Source: Bacteroidales bacterium
Lineage (GTDB): Bacteria > Bacteroidota > Bacteroidia > Bacteroidales > UBA3663
Direction of reading: 5' to 3'
DNA: 64,000 nucleotides
Assembly: GCA_024694125.1 (NCBI GenBank)
Contig: JAILKE010000060.1
Location: 35,247 to 99,246, forward strand
Shown: positions 49,330 to 58,800 of the stretch, one piece after another
How the letters are laid out: the number at the start of each line of letters is the position of its first letter
How positions within the stretch are numbered: the first letter of the stretch is position 1
The notes under the pieces: model-generated
What the model was told of the DNA's origin: nothing
Seen by the model: only the letters and a program-made list of their open reading frames with translations
Databases searched by the model: none
Made by a program: the position numbers and the translations under genes

Positions 49330-50040
49330 TTAGCACTTTAGGAGTTTTTCGGCCAATATCAAGTCCTCGGGATAGGTAATTTTGATATTGGTCGATTCCC
49401 CTGGCACGACACATATCGGCACATCGGGCAAGTACTTGTGTACCACGCTGCAGTCATCGGTCGTGACGAAGTTCGGGTCAGCCAATCCGCGGCGGTATGC
49501 ATCGACCAATACATCCAGGCGGAAAGCCTGCGGCGTCTGCACATTGCGCAGGTGCGAACGTTGCGGCATACGCACGATATGCTCCTGGTCATCCACCTCG
49601 ATGATGGTGTCCGTACAAGGGATAGCCACATCCACGGCGCGGTATTCATGCAGTGCACGCACACAGTCGGAGATGATACGATCGCTGACCAGACAACGCA
49701 CACAGTCGTGAATCAAGACATTGATCCGGTCCAGAGGGACATTGGGCACGTCAGCGTCGTTACCTTCATAGACATTCAGGGCAGCGAGGGTCGAGTCATA
49801 CCGTTCGCGACCGCCGCGCACCACGTGTCGGACCTTGGGGTATGGAGCAACGATGTCCGACACCCTGGACAGATAATCCGGGTGACAGACAATGACAATT
49901 TCATCTATGTCTGCATTACGGTCGAAAGCGCGGATGCTGTGTTCGAGCAACGTCCGTCCTGCCACTTCTATGAACTGTTTTGGCTCGGGTCCGCCCATGC
50001 GTCGGCCGCTGCCACCAGCCAATAAAACTGCTACATTCAT
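49330..50040 (-). CDS. ispD: 2-C-methyl-D-erythritol 4-phosphate cytidylyltransferase
   Basis: VAVLLAGGSGRRMGGPEPKQFIEVAGRTLLEHS and QTPQAF. Confidence 0.9.
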   Translation of the reverse strand: MNVAVLLAGGSGRRMGGPEPKQFIEVAGRTLLEHSIRAFDRNADIDEIVIVCHPDYLSRVSDIVAPYPKVRHVVRGGRERYDSTLAALNVYEGNDADVPNVPLDRINVLIHDCVRCLVSDRIISDCVRALHEYRAVDVAIPCTDTIIEVDDQEHIVRMPQRSHLRNVQTPQAFRLDVLVDAYRRGLADPNFVTTDDCSVVHKYLPDVPICVVPGESTNIKITYPEDLILAEKLLKC

Positions 50041-50056
50041 ATAGATATATTTGTTG

Positions 50057-50064
50057 CAAAGATA
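50057..50064 (-). promoter_or_regulatory. -7 box TATCTTTG (minus strand)
   Basis: The reverse complement of CAAAGATA lies about 17 nt upstream of the ispD ATG. Confidence 0.5.
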
Positions 50065-50159
50065 CTCAAATATGCAATATTTGACAAACGAAGTGCAGAA
50101 AAACAGCTTTCAAAACATATAAAAAAGTCTAAAATAGACTATATATCAAAAAAAAACAC

Positions 50160-50167
50160 TATTTTTG
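50160..50167 (+). promoter_or_regulatory. -7 box TATTTTTG
   Basis: TAnnTTTG match about 18 nt upstream of the ATG at 50185. Confidence 0.45.
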
Positions 50168-50184
50168 CAACAATAATTTGCACT

Positions 50185-50970
50185 ATGTCGCCGAAACTTA
50201 AAGTACTGATCAATTTCCTGTGGAAGAAACGTACGTTGTACGTCCTGCTTGGTATGCTGATAGCCGTCGGCATCTTCATCCTCATACTTGCCACCACACT
50301 CAACGTTTATCTGCCCGGTTACCTGGATGTAGATAAGCGCGCCTTTGTGATGGAGAGTGCCCTGCGCATAGACAGTCTTGAGGTGGAGAACAATCTCCGC
50401 ATGGCCTACCTGAACAATATGCTCGACATACTGCACGACAGGGTCAAGACAGACAATCTCCTGCCCTACGACTCGACCGTACCCCGCATCCAGGACACCC
50501 TCCTGCCAGCATCCGAACGCGAACAGGCCTTCGTCGCCAAGTACGAGAACCGAGAGCGGTTCGGTCTCAATGCCTTGGACCAGCTCAATCCGACCACGCC
50601 GACCATCGTCTTCCTGGCTCCGGTACGCGGCCGCATCATACACTATGACGACGATGCCACGCCGACCGAGACACACATCGAACTGGATGGCAACGTCACC
50701 GTATTGGCGCCCACCGAGGGCACTGTTGTCTCCGTGTCCTACCTGATGAACATAGGAGGCTATCAGCTCGTCCTACAGCACGCACAGGACTACTTGACCA
50801 TATACAACAACCTCACTTCCGTGATGGTCGAGCCCGGCCAGAAGGTCAAGTCCGGACAGGTGATGGGCCACGCCGGCAATGTCGAGGACCCCTCGGACAG
50901 TTGGATGGGCCTCTCTGCCTGGCACAAGGGCGAGTACATCGACCCCGAGACCATCATGCCCATCGAGTGA
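50185..50970 (+). CDS. membrane-anchored M23 family metallopeptidase
   Basis: N-terminal TM anchor. The C-terminus LVLQHAQDYLTIYNNLTSVMVEPGQKVKSGQVMGHAGN is M23-like. Confidence 0.75.
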   Translation: MSPKLKVLINFLWKKRTLYVLLGMLIAVGIFILILATTLNVYLPGYLDVDKRAFVMESALRIDSLEVENNLRMAYLNNMLDILHDRVKTDNLLPYDSTVPRIQDTLLPASEREQAFVAKYENRERFGLNALDQLNPTTPTIVFLAPVRGRIIHYDDDATPTETHIELDGNVTVLAPTEGTVVSVSYLMNIGGYQLVLQHAQDYLTIYNNLTSVMVEPGQKVKSGQVMGHAGNVEDPSDSWMGLSAWHKGEYIDPETIMPIE

Positions 50971-51007
50971 CGGCGGCAGCGTGACATAACGATATTATAG
51001 AGTAACA

Positions 51008-52240
51008 ATGAGAACAATAGCAATATTAGGCAGCACAGGCAGCATCGGCCGACAGACACTCGAAGTAGTGGCCGAGCACCCGGATGCCTTCGAAGTATAT
51101 GCCATCACGGCACATCGCAGTGCCGACCTGCTCATCGAGCAGGCACGACAGTTCAAGCCCGAGGTGGTAGTCATCGTCGATGAAACCTATTACGACAAGG
51201 TCAAGGATGCCCTTGCCGACCTGCCCATCAAGGTATGGACCGGAGCCGATTCCCTCTGTCAGGTCGTCACGGCTGGACCCATCGACGTAGTGGTGACCGC
51301 CATGGTCGGTTTCGCCGGTCTGCGCCCCACCGTAGCCGCAATCAAGGCACAGAAGGCGCTTGCCCTCGCCAACAAGGAGACCCTCGTCGTGGCAGGACAG
51401 TACATCGAGTCACTCTGCACCGAGTACCAGGTACCCATCCTGCCGGTGGACAGCGAACATTCCGCCATCTTCCAGTGCCTTCAGGGCGAGGCAGTCGCCC
51501 GTGGCTGTTTCCCCTGGTTGGCTCAGGCCAATACCAGCGATGACGCCGAGCAGCAGCGCCCCTATCTGGACAATCCCGTCGAGAAACTCATCATCACGGC
51601 ATCGGGCGGACCATTCCGCACCTTCACTATGGACCAGATGCGCGATGTCACGGCGGCTCAGGCCTTGAAGCACCCCAACTGGGACATGGGCGCCAAGATC
51701 ACCATCGACTCCGCCTCGATGATGAACAAGGGCTTCGAGGTGATCGAGGCCAAGTGGCTGTTCGGCATGAACACCGACCAGATCGAGGTTGCAGTCCATC
51801 CTCAGAGCATCGTACACAGCATGGTACAGTTCGCCGACGGAGCCATCAAGGCCCAGTTAGGCTGTCCCGACATGAAAGTACCGATTGCCTATGCCCTCAG
51901 TTACCCCGAGCGTATGACCTCGCACATCAATGGCAAGCTCCGCATGGAGGACTATGCCTCGCTCACCTTCGAGCGTCCCGACCTGGAGCGGTTCCCCAAC
52001 CTGCGACTGGCCTTCGACGCACTCGCCGAAGGTGGCGACCGCACCTGTGTGCTCAATGCAGCCAACGAGGTGACCAACGAAGCCTTCCGCCGTGGCGAGT
52101 GCCGTTTCCTGCAAATGGCCGAGGTCAATGCAGCGACACTGGCCGCCATGCCCCGTGTGGCACAACCATCGCTCGATGACTACTTCGCCATCGATGCCGA
52201 AGCGCGCATCAAGGCTCGCGAGATCCTGCAGGGACACTGA
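51008..52240 (+). CDS. dxr: 1-deoxy-D-xylulose-5-phosphate reductoisomerase
   Basis: IAILGSTGSIGRQTLEVV, LANKETLV, PVDSEHSAIFQC and NKGFEVIEA. Confidence 0.95.
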   Translation: MRTIAILGSTGSIGRQTLEVVAEHPDAFEVYAITAHRSADLLIEQARQFKPEVVVIVDETYYDKVKDALADLPIKVWTGADSLCQVVTAGPIDVVVTAMVGFAGLRPTVAAIKAQKALALANKETLVVAGQYIESLCTEYQVPILPVDSEHSAIFQCLQGEAVARGCFPWLAQANTSDDAEQQRPYLDNPVEKLIITASGGPFRTFTMDQMRDVTAAQALKHPNWDMGAKITIDSASMMNKGFEVIEAKWLFGMNTDQIEVAVHPQSIVHSMVQFADGAIKAQLGCPDMKVPIAYALSYPERMTSHINGKLRMEDYASLTFERPDLERFPNLRLAFDALAEGGDRTCVLNAANEVTNEAFRRGECRFLQMAEVNAATLAAMPRVAQPSLDDYFAIDAEARIKAREILQGH

Positions 52241-52297
52241 TTCCCACACAACAGACGTTTCACACACAATCCATAAGATACAGACACTTTCTACAAT

Positions 52298-53671
52298 ATG
52301 TTCGATTCAACATTTTGGTTCAAAGCATTGGAGTTGATCCTGAGTCTCTCCATTCTGGTATTCATTCACGAGTTAGGGCACTTCATGTGGGCGCGCATCT
52401 TCAAGGTGGGCGTTGACAAGTTCTACCTGTTCTTCGATGCCTACGACTTCGCGTTGGTTCGTTGGAACAAGAAGGGTCTGCACCTGTGCGAACTGATACA
52501 TTTCCCAACGTTGGTCAACCCCAGCAGCACCGAATACGGTATAGGCTGGATTCCGCTGGGCGGCTATTGTGCCATAGTAGGCATGATCGACGAGACGCAC
52601 GATGCCGAGCATGCCGACACAGACCGTCCCGACGCCTTTGTGAAGAAAGGTCCGTTCGCCCGTTTCATGATACTCTTTGGCGGTGTGCTCAATAACCTGT
52701 TGCTCGCCATCATCATCTACATCGGCATGGCATGGCATTGGGGCAAGGATATCCTCGAGATTCGCAACCTCCCCTACGGCATGGAGTACAACGAGGTAGC
52801 GCACAACGTCGGTTTCCAGGACGATGACGTCATCATCCGCCTGGACGGCAACGACGTGAGCGATATGATGTCGCTGCAGAGCGGTCTCCTGTTGGCCAAC
52901 GATGTCACCGTACTGCGTCAGGGCGCCGAGGTCACCATCACATTGCCCGATACCCTGGGCACCCACTTCCTGACCTACAAGGACATAGCATCCTTCGTCA
53001 CCATCCGTCAGCCCATGGTAGTTGATTCCGTCATGCCCGGTACCGAGGCAGCCCGCATCGGCTTGCTCCCGGGCGACAGCATCGTGTCGGTGGACAGCAT
53101 CCCCACCCCCTACATCGCCGGCGTACATGCACAGTTCTCAGCCCATCACGGCGACACCATCCTGCTCAGCTACTACCGTGGCGACTCGCTCCACACTACC
53201 CAGGCATTCATGGGTGAGCAGGGCAAGTTGGGCTTCTACTTCCGCAACATGATCACTCCCCAGATGTTCACCCACATCGACTATAGTTTCGCCGAGGCTA
53301 TCCCTGCTGGCATCACGCGCGGCTGGGACATGCTCTATAATTATGTCCGACAGTTCAAACTCGTCTTCACCAAGGAGGGCGCCAAGGAGTTGGGCGGCTT
53401 TGGTTCAATGGGAGCCATCTTCCCCGAGGAGTGGATCTGGAAGGCCTTCTGGGGTCTGACCGCCTTCATCTCCGTCGCCCTGGCCTTCATGAACATCCTG
53501 CCTATCCCGATGTTGGATGGTGGTCACATCCTGATACTCCTCATCGAGACCATCATGCGCCGACCACTCAGCGACAAGTTCAAGGACCGCCTGCAGTACA
53601 TCGGCTTCGGCTTCATCGTGCTGCTTATGATAGCGGTCAATGCCAACGACATCATCAAGTTCTTCTTCTGA
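52298..53671 (+). CDS. rseP: RIP zinc metalloprotease RseP
   Basis: FIHELGHFMWAR (HExxH), PDZ-like middle region, and NILPIPMLDGGH. Confidence 0.92.
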   Translation: MFDSTFWFKALELILSLSILVFIHELGHFMWARIFKVGVDKFYLFFDAYDFALVRWNKKGLHLCELIHFPTLVNPSSTEYGIGWIPLGGYCAIVGMIDETHDAEHADTDRPDAFVKKGPFARFMILFGGVLNNLLLAIIIYIGMAWHWGKDILEIRNLPYGMEYNEVAHNVGFQDDDVIIRLDGNDVSDMMSLQSGLLLANDVTVLRQGAEVTITLPDTLGTHFLTYKDIASFVTIRQPMVVDSVMPGTEAARIGLLPGDSIVSVDSIPTPYIAGVHAQFSAHHGDTILLSYYRGDSLHTTQAFMGEQGKLGFYFRNMITPQMFTHIDYSFAEAIPAGITRGWDMLYNYVRQFKLVFTKEGAKELGGFGSMGAIFPEEWIWKAFWGLTAFISVALAFMNILPIPMLDGGHILILLIETIMRRPLSDKFKDRLQYIGFGFIVLLMIAVNANDIIKFFF

Positions 53672-53721
53672 TAGATTTCAGCAATAGTTATCGGAGTTAC
53701 TCAGCAAGATAACTGGAGTTA

Positions 53722-53761
53722 ACGGACGATACACCTTCCTATGTATCGTCCGTTTATTATT
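53722..53761 (+). terminator. Rho-independent terminator (GGACGATA..TATCGTCC stem)
   Basis: An 11-bp perfect stem pairs ACGGACGATAC (53722-53732) with GTATCGTCCGT (53743-53753). It is followed by TTATTATT. Confidence 0.75.
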
Positions 53762-53781
53762 GCCTTAATACCACACGCGAC

Positions 53782-55602
53782 ATGAAAACTTTCCTTACAC
53801 CACTCCTCTCACTTTTTACCTTAGTATTATCGTTCAGTTCGCCGATGTATGCCGCCCACGTCACACATCTGCAGGCTGGACCGGACCTGCACGCCACGCT
53901 GCGTGAGGCGCGCGAGATGCGCCGCCTGGGTCACCTTGCACCTACCGACACCCTCTGCATCACCTTGCCCGACGGCGAGTACCACCTCACGTCGCCCCTG
54001 CTGTTGCGCCCCGAGGACAGCGGCACACCCCAGGGTCCCACCGTTCTGCGCGCAGCCCATCCCGGCCGTGCCATCATAGACGGAGGCGTAGCCCTGCAGG
54101 GGTGGCGTCGTCCCACGGCAGTCGAGGCTCGCGATGTACCAGCCGCAGTCCGTCAGCAGTTGTGGGTGTGCGATGCCCCACGCGTGAATGGCCGCATCGT
54201 CTATACCCGCCAACTGTGGCAGGACGGACGTCGTCTGCCCCAGGCCTCGCTCGTCCCCACGGACAGTCTGTTGCCCATGCTCGGCTTCGACCGTCAGCGC
54301 CGCGAGATAGTCATCCCCACCTCCGTACTGCCTGGTGGCACGGTACTCACGTCTGGTTTCCAGTGCACGATGTTGGTGCACCAGCGTTGGGCCATAGCCC
54401 TGCTCCGCATCGCCTCGATGCGCTCAGAGGCCGACGGCACGCACGTCACATTCTTTGAGCCCGAGAGCCAGCGGGAGTTCGACCATCCCTGGCCACAACC
54501 CGTCATAGGCGACACCCTGCAAGATGACCGCATCGTCTCGTCGTCGTTCAATCTGGTGGGCGCACCCGCACTCCTGGACCGCCCCGGCGAATGGGTACAG
54601 CGTTACCCTGACGGCCTCATCTATATGCTCAGCGACGACCCCGGTGGAGCCGCCCCTGCTGCACCCGTCATCATCCCTGTCACCGAACAGCTGGTACAGG
54701 TACAGGGCACCATCAGTCGCCCCGTGCACGACATCCAGTTCGAGGGACTCACCTTCCGCCACACCCAGTGGAACACCCCTACCAGCCAGGGCTGGGTCAC
54801 CCTGCAGGCAGGACTGCCCATCATCGATGCCTACAAGCTCCATCAGCCCGGCCTGCCGCACAAGGCCTCGCTCGAAAACCAAGCCTGGATAGGCCGTCCC
54901 CAGTCAGCCATCACCCTGAGTGGCGTGCAGCGCATCCACTTTGACCGATGCACGGTCACCCATACCGGGGCGTGCGGCATTGACTACACCGAGGCAGCCT
55001 CGGCGTGTCACGTCACCCAGTGTTCGTTCACCGACATCGGCAGCACCGCCATCCTGGTGGGCCACTTCCCCGACGGCGGTTACGAGACGCACGTCCCCTT
55101 CATGCCCGACAGTCCCGAACAGATCTGCCACGACATCACCCTGAGTCACAATCGCGTCACCGACATCGGCATGGACGATTGGGGCGCCTGTGCCATCAAT
55201 GCCGGCTACGTGCACCACACCACCATTGCCGACAACGAGGTCTCCGGCTGCAAGTGGAGCGGCATCTGCCTGGGCTGGGGTTGGTTGCCCCGTCCCGCCT
55301 CGCGCAGCGTACGCCGGCAGTGGACCATGCACCACAACCACCTGCTCCGCAACTACGTGCACCACTTCGGACAGCAGTTGCACGACTGCGGTGCCCTCTA
55401 TACCCTCTCCTGGCAGCCCTACTCCACCATCGTCGGCAACCGTCTGGAGCAGATGGGCCGTGCCCCCTATGCCACCAATGACCGCGTCTTCTACATCTAT
55501 TTCGACGAGGCGACCGATGCCTTCGACGTGCACGACAACCAGATGCCCGAACTCCGCGTGGGCTACAATCAGCCCGGCCCCGACCTGCGCACCGACTTCT
55601 GA
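53782..55602 (+). CDS. secreted right-handed parallel beta-helix repeat protein
   Basis: The signal peptide is MKTFLTPLLSLFTLVLSFSSPMYA. PbH1-like repeats are present (HTGACGIDY, NRVTDIGMDDWGACAINAG, ADNEVSGCKWSGICLGWGW). Confidence 0.7.
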   Translation: MKTFLTPLLSLFTLVLSFSSPMYAAHVTHLQAGPDLHATLREAREMRRLGHLAPTDTLCITLPDGEYHLTSPLLLRPEDSGTPQGPTVLRAAHPGRAIIDGGVALQGWRRPTAVEARDVPAAVRQQLWVCDAPRVNGRIVYTRQLWQDGRRLPQASLVPTDSLLPMLGFDRQRREIVIPTSVLPGGTVLTSGFQCTMLVHQRWAIALLRIASMRSEADGTHVTFFEPESQREFDHPWPQPVIGDTLQDDRIVSSSFNLVGAPALLDRPGEWVQRYPDGLIYMLSDDPGGAAPAAPVIIPVTEQLVQVQGTISRPVHDIQFEGLTFRHTQWNTPTSQGWVTLQAGLPIIDAYKLHQPGLPHKASLENQAWIGRPQSAITLSGVQRIHFDRCTVTHTGACGIDYTEAASACHVTQCSFTDIGSTAILVGHFPDGGYETHVPFMPDSPEQICHDITLSHNRVTDIGMDDWGACAINAGYVHHTTIADNEVSGCKWSGICLGWGWLPRPASRSVRRQWTMHHNHLLRNYVHHFGQQLHDCGALYTLSWQPYSTIVGNRLEQMGRAPYATNDRVFYIYFDEATDAFDVHDNQMPELRVGYNQPGPDLRTDF

Positions 55603-55660
55603 GCGGGTCTGCCATATCAGCAATATTGTACAATAACCCTATCGCTGGCGTATCGTTCAG

Positions 55661-55747
55661 AGTGCGATTGGTGTGCGATTGGAATGCGATTGGTGTGCGA
55701 TTGGTCATCCCTATCGGATCGTACACTAAGCGCACTCCGACCGGGAG
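55661..55747 (+). repeat. dispersed GTGCGATTGG-repeat element, copy B
   Basis: agtgcgattggtgtgcgattggaatgcgattggtgtgcgattggtcatccctatcggatcgtacac... is a paralog of 27392-27495. Confidence 0.9.
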
Positions 55748-55816
55748 CCGACAGGACTTAGTCCGGAATCAGATAATAGGGACACAGAGGTCCGAAAGTC
55801 AAACGGGCGAAAACGA

Positions 55817-55846
55817 ATCAGCCAGACCCGCTTGGGCCTGGCTGAT
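55817..55846. terminator. hairpin between convergent genes
   Basis: ATCAGCCAGACCC (55817-55829), loop GCTT, GGGCCTGGCTGAT (55834-55846), with one mismatch. Confidence 0.6.
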
Positions 55847-55873
55847 CTTGTCTTGTATGGGAGCGGGCTTACC

Positions 55874-58800
55874 TCACCGCTTCAACTCATCGAGCACATA
55901 CCGGGATGGGGATTGGCTCAATATATACTTTATATAGTCGAGCGTGACCATGATGTTGCAGGTACGGGACGGACGTGGGTAGTAGATGGCCGAGAGGCTC
56001 GATATCTCGCGGTCGAAGTTGAGGCCTATCAGTTCGCCCCGGGCATTGAGCACAGGACTGCCCGACTGGCCCGCGGCAGTCTCGGCTGTCGAGGTGAAGC
56101 AACAGGGGACGGGGACGCCAGGTTTGTGGCTCAGTTCGCCCACACGGCCGGCCGAGTAGCGGAGCGTCTTGTTGGCATCAATGACCGGAGTCGATCCCTG
56201 CTGATACTCGCTCAGGGCCGTCATATAGAGGGCATAGAGGTCGGAGTTGCGGCGGCGGAACGAGATGGCATCACGGTTGATGCGCGAGACCCGGTTCACA
56301 TAGAACGAGAGAAGGAAACGGTACAGGGCATCGTCCTGCAACGCCTGTGTGCCCTCCTCGACCACCTTATCGACCCAGGCGTACAGTCGCGCACTGTCCG
56401 TCAGCATGGAGTGGGCATAGAGGCTGTCCAGGTTCGATGCCTGGCGCAGGATATCCTCCTCGACATAGGCGGCATTGATCCCTTTCAGATAGTAAGGGAC
56501 CAGCAGCTTCATCATCGCCAGGTCCAGGTCGTAGTCGAACGCCGCATAGAACTCCTGCATGTTGCGGTGCAGGTCCTTCAGTTCACGTTCCATAGCCCGG
56601 ACGCGGTTCTTGCGGTTGGCACGGTCTATGGCGATGAGCTTCTCGAACTTGCCGGCGAAGGGGAAGACATTCGGGCCATTGAGCACACACTGCAGGAAGA
56701 CCTCCTCCATGTGGTTGAACTGCGTCAGGACCTGGTAGTTGCTCTGCATGTCGGCCAGCAACGTAGCGCCGTAACGCTGCGAGCGCACCGAGTCGTCACA
56801 GATCCACTGCTGCAACGCCTGGTCATCCAGTCTGCGGCGTTCGATGATATTGTCGCGCAGCGTACCTTCCACTTCGCCCTTGGCGCGCAGATAGGTATTG
56901 TTGATGCTGCTGATGCGGGCGGCACAGTCAGCCTGGCGGCGGGCAGGGCCATCGGCCATCATCGCGGCGAGCAGCTCCATCTTGGCACGGCTCACCTCCA
57001 TGCGGAAGCGGGTATCGTAGTTGACGATACGGTCTATGGCGAACCACGGTATGTGCTTGCGCGTCTGGGCTGGATAGCCTGCCACCAGTACCAGTTCGCC
57101 TGGACGGACAGAGTCGGTCGCCAGTGGCAGATACGTCTCCGGATGATAGGGGACATTCCCCTTGTGATAGTTCGCCGGCTTGTTCTTGGCGCTGCCATAC
57201 ACACGCAGCACGGCGAAGTCGGCCGACACACGTGGCCATCGCCAGTTGACCGTGTCGCCCCCCTCCATCGCCAGCGACTGCGGCGGTGCAGCCACGATAC
57301 GCACGTCGTTGAACGACCTGTATTTGGCCACTACATACTGCGTACCGCCCATCATTGAGTATGCACGATACGACTCCTTGGCCGACTTGGGCAGCCGTTT
57401 CATCATCTCCTCGGCACGTTGGGAGACCACAGCCTGCCGTTCGCGCACCGTGAGTGTGTCGCTCAGGTCGCAGCACAGGGAGTCGGTCACATCCGTGCAC
57501 CACAGCAACTGGTTGAGTTGCAGCCCGAAGAGCGGAGCCTCCTCCTCGCGGCTCTGGGCATAACAGCCGTAGCGCAGGTATTCGGGCCCGCGGTCAGAGA
57601 GCCGTTCTATGTAGCGGCGCACCGAATGGAAATTGGTCAGTACCAGACCATCGGCCGAGATAAATGCTGCCGATGACGTGGGCGAGAAGGTGCCGCCGTC
57701 CTGGCTCACCGAGAGTATCGCCTGGTTCACACACGCCTCGTTGATGCTGTTGATCTGCTGCGCACTGAGGGCCAGTCCCTCGTTGTGCAACATAGCCATT
57801 ACCGTGTCCGACGTCAGCTGGTGGGGCAACAGCAACCCCGGCAGTGCCTGCGGACGGGCTGCCGGACGCGACATCACAGCCAGCATCTTGCTGCGCGCTG
57901 CCTCCACCTGGGCATTGGCACGGCGGGCAGCAGCTGCCACGGCAGTATCGGCCGCCGCCTCGGGTTGCAGCAGGAAGCGGTACCCATCGGTCAGTTCGCG
58001 TTGCAGCATGGCCTGCTGGGCAGGAGCATCACGTCCTGGCAGCAGGTGACCCAGCAGTTCGAAGTAATACTGTTGCAACTCGCTCCTCGATGCCGGCATA
58101 CCCTCATACGGGTCTGCATGACCGGGGTTCCACTGGGCGATATGTCCGTCGATGTAGCGCAGGTTCCTGATACCATATTCGGTCGATGCCAGCGCATCAT
58201 TGCCCAGGTCCGAAGCCTGCACGTCGATGGCATCGGCATCGGACTGAGAGCGGCGCATCAGTCGCTTGTAGAGGCAGACCGATTGGCTCTGGTGTGCATC
58301 GACATAGGCGCGGTACTCGGCATCGGTCCCGAACTGTCCATATCCTGCCTGGATGGCGTAGATGTCGTAGTCGCCCAGATAGGGTGGACAGACCTGCGTC
58401 ACGCCGTCACCCGGCTGCGCCACATAGTTGAAGCGGGCATAGTCCATGATGCTGGGCGTGGTGCCGCAGCGGGCACAGAACGATGGGTCACGCAGCGAGT
58501 CGGTCGCATAGGCGAACGATGCACGGAAATTGTGTTCCAGTCCCAGGCAGTGTCCCACCTCGTGTGCAGCGGCATACCGGATGATGCGCCGCAGCGTGCT
58601 GTCCGGGAGAACCTGCCGCGCCTCGGGATTGTAGGCAGCCGTCTGCAGGAAGTACCACGACCGCAGGCGCTCTATCACGTTGGAGTAGAACAGCACACTG
58701 GCGGTCAATATCTCGCCGCTGCGCGGGTCACAGTAGTGCTTGCCCTCGGCATTGGCGAACTCACTGTCCACACACCAGAACATGTTGGTACCGAAGGCGA

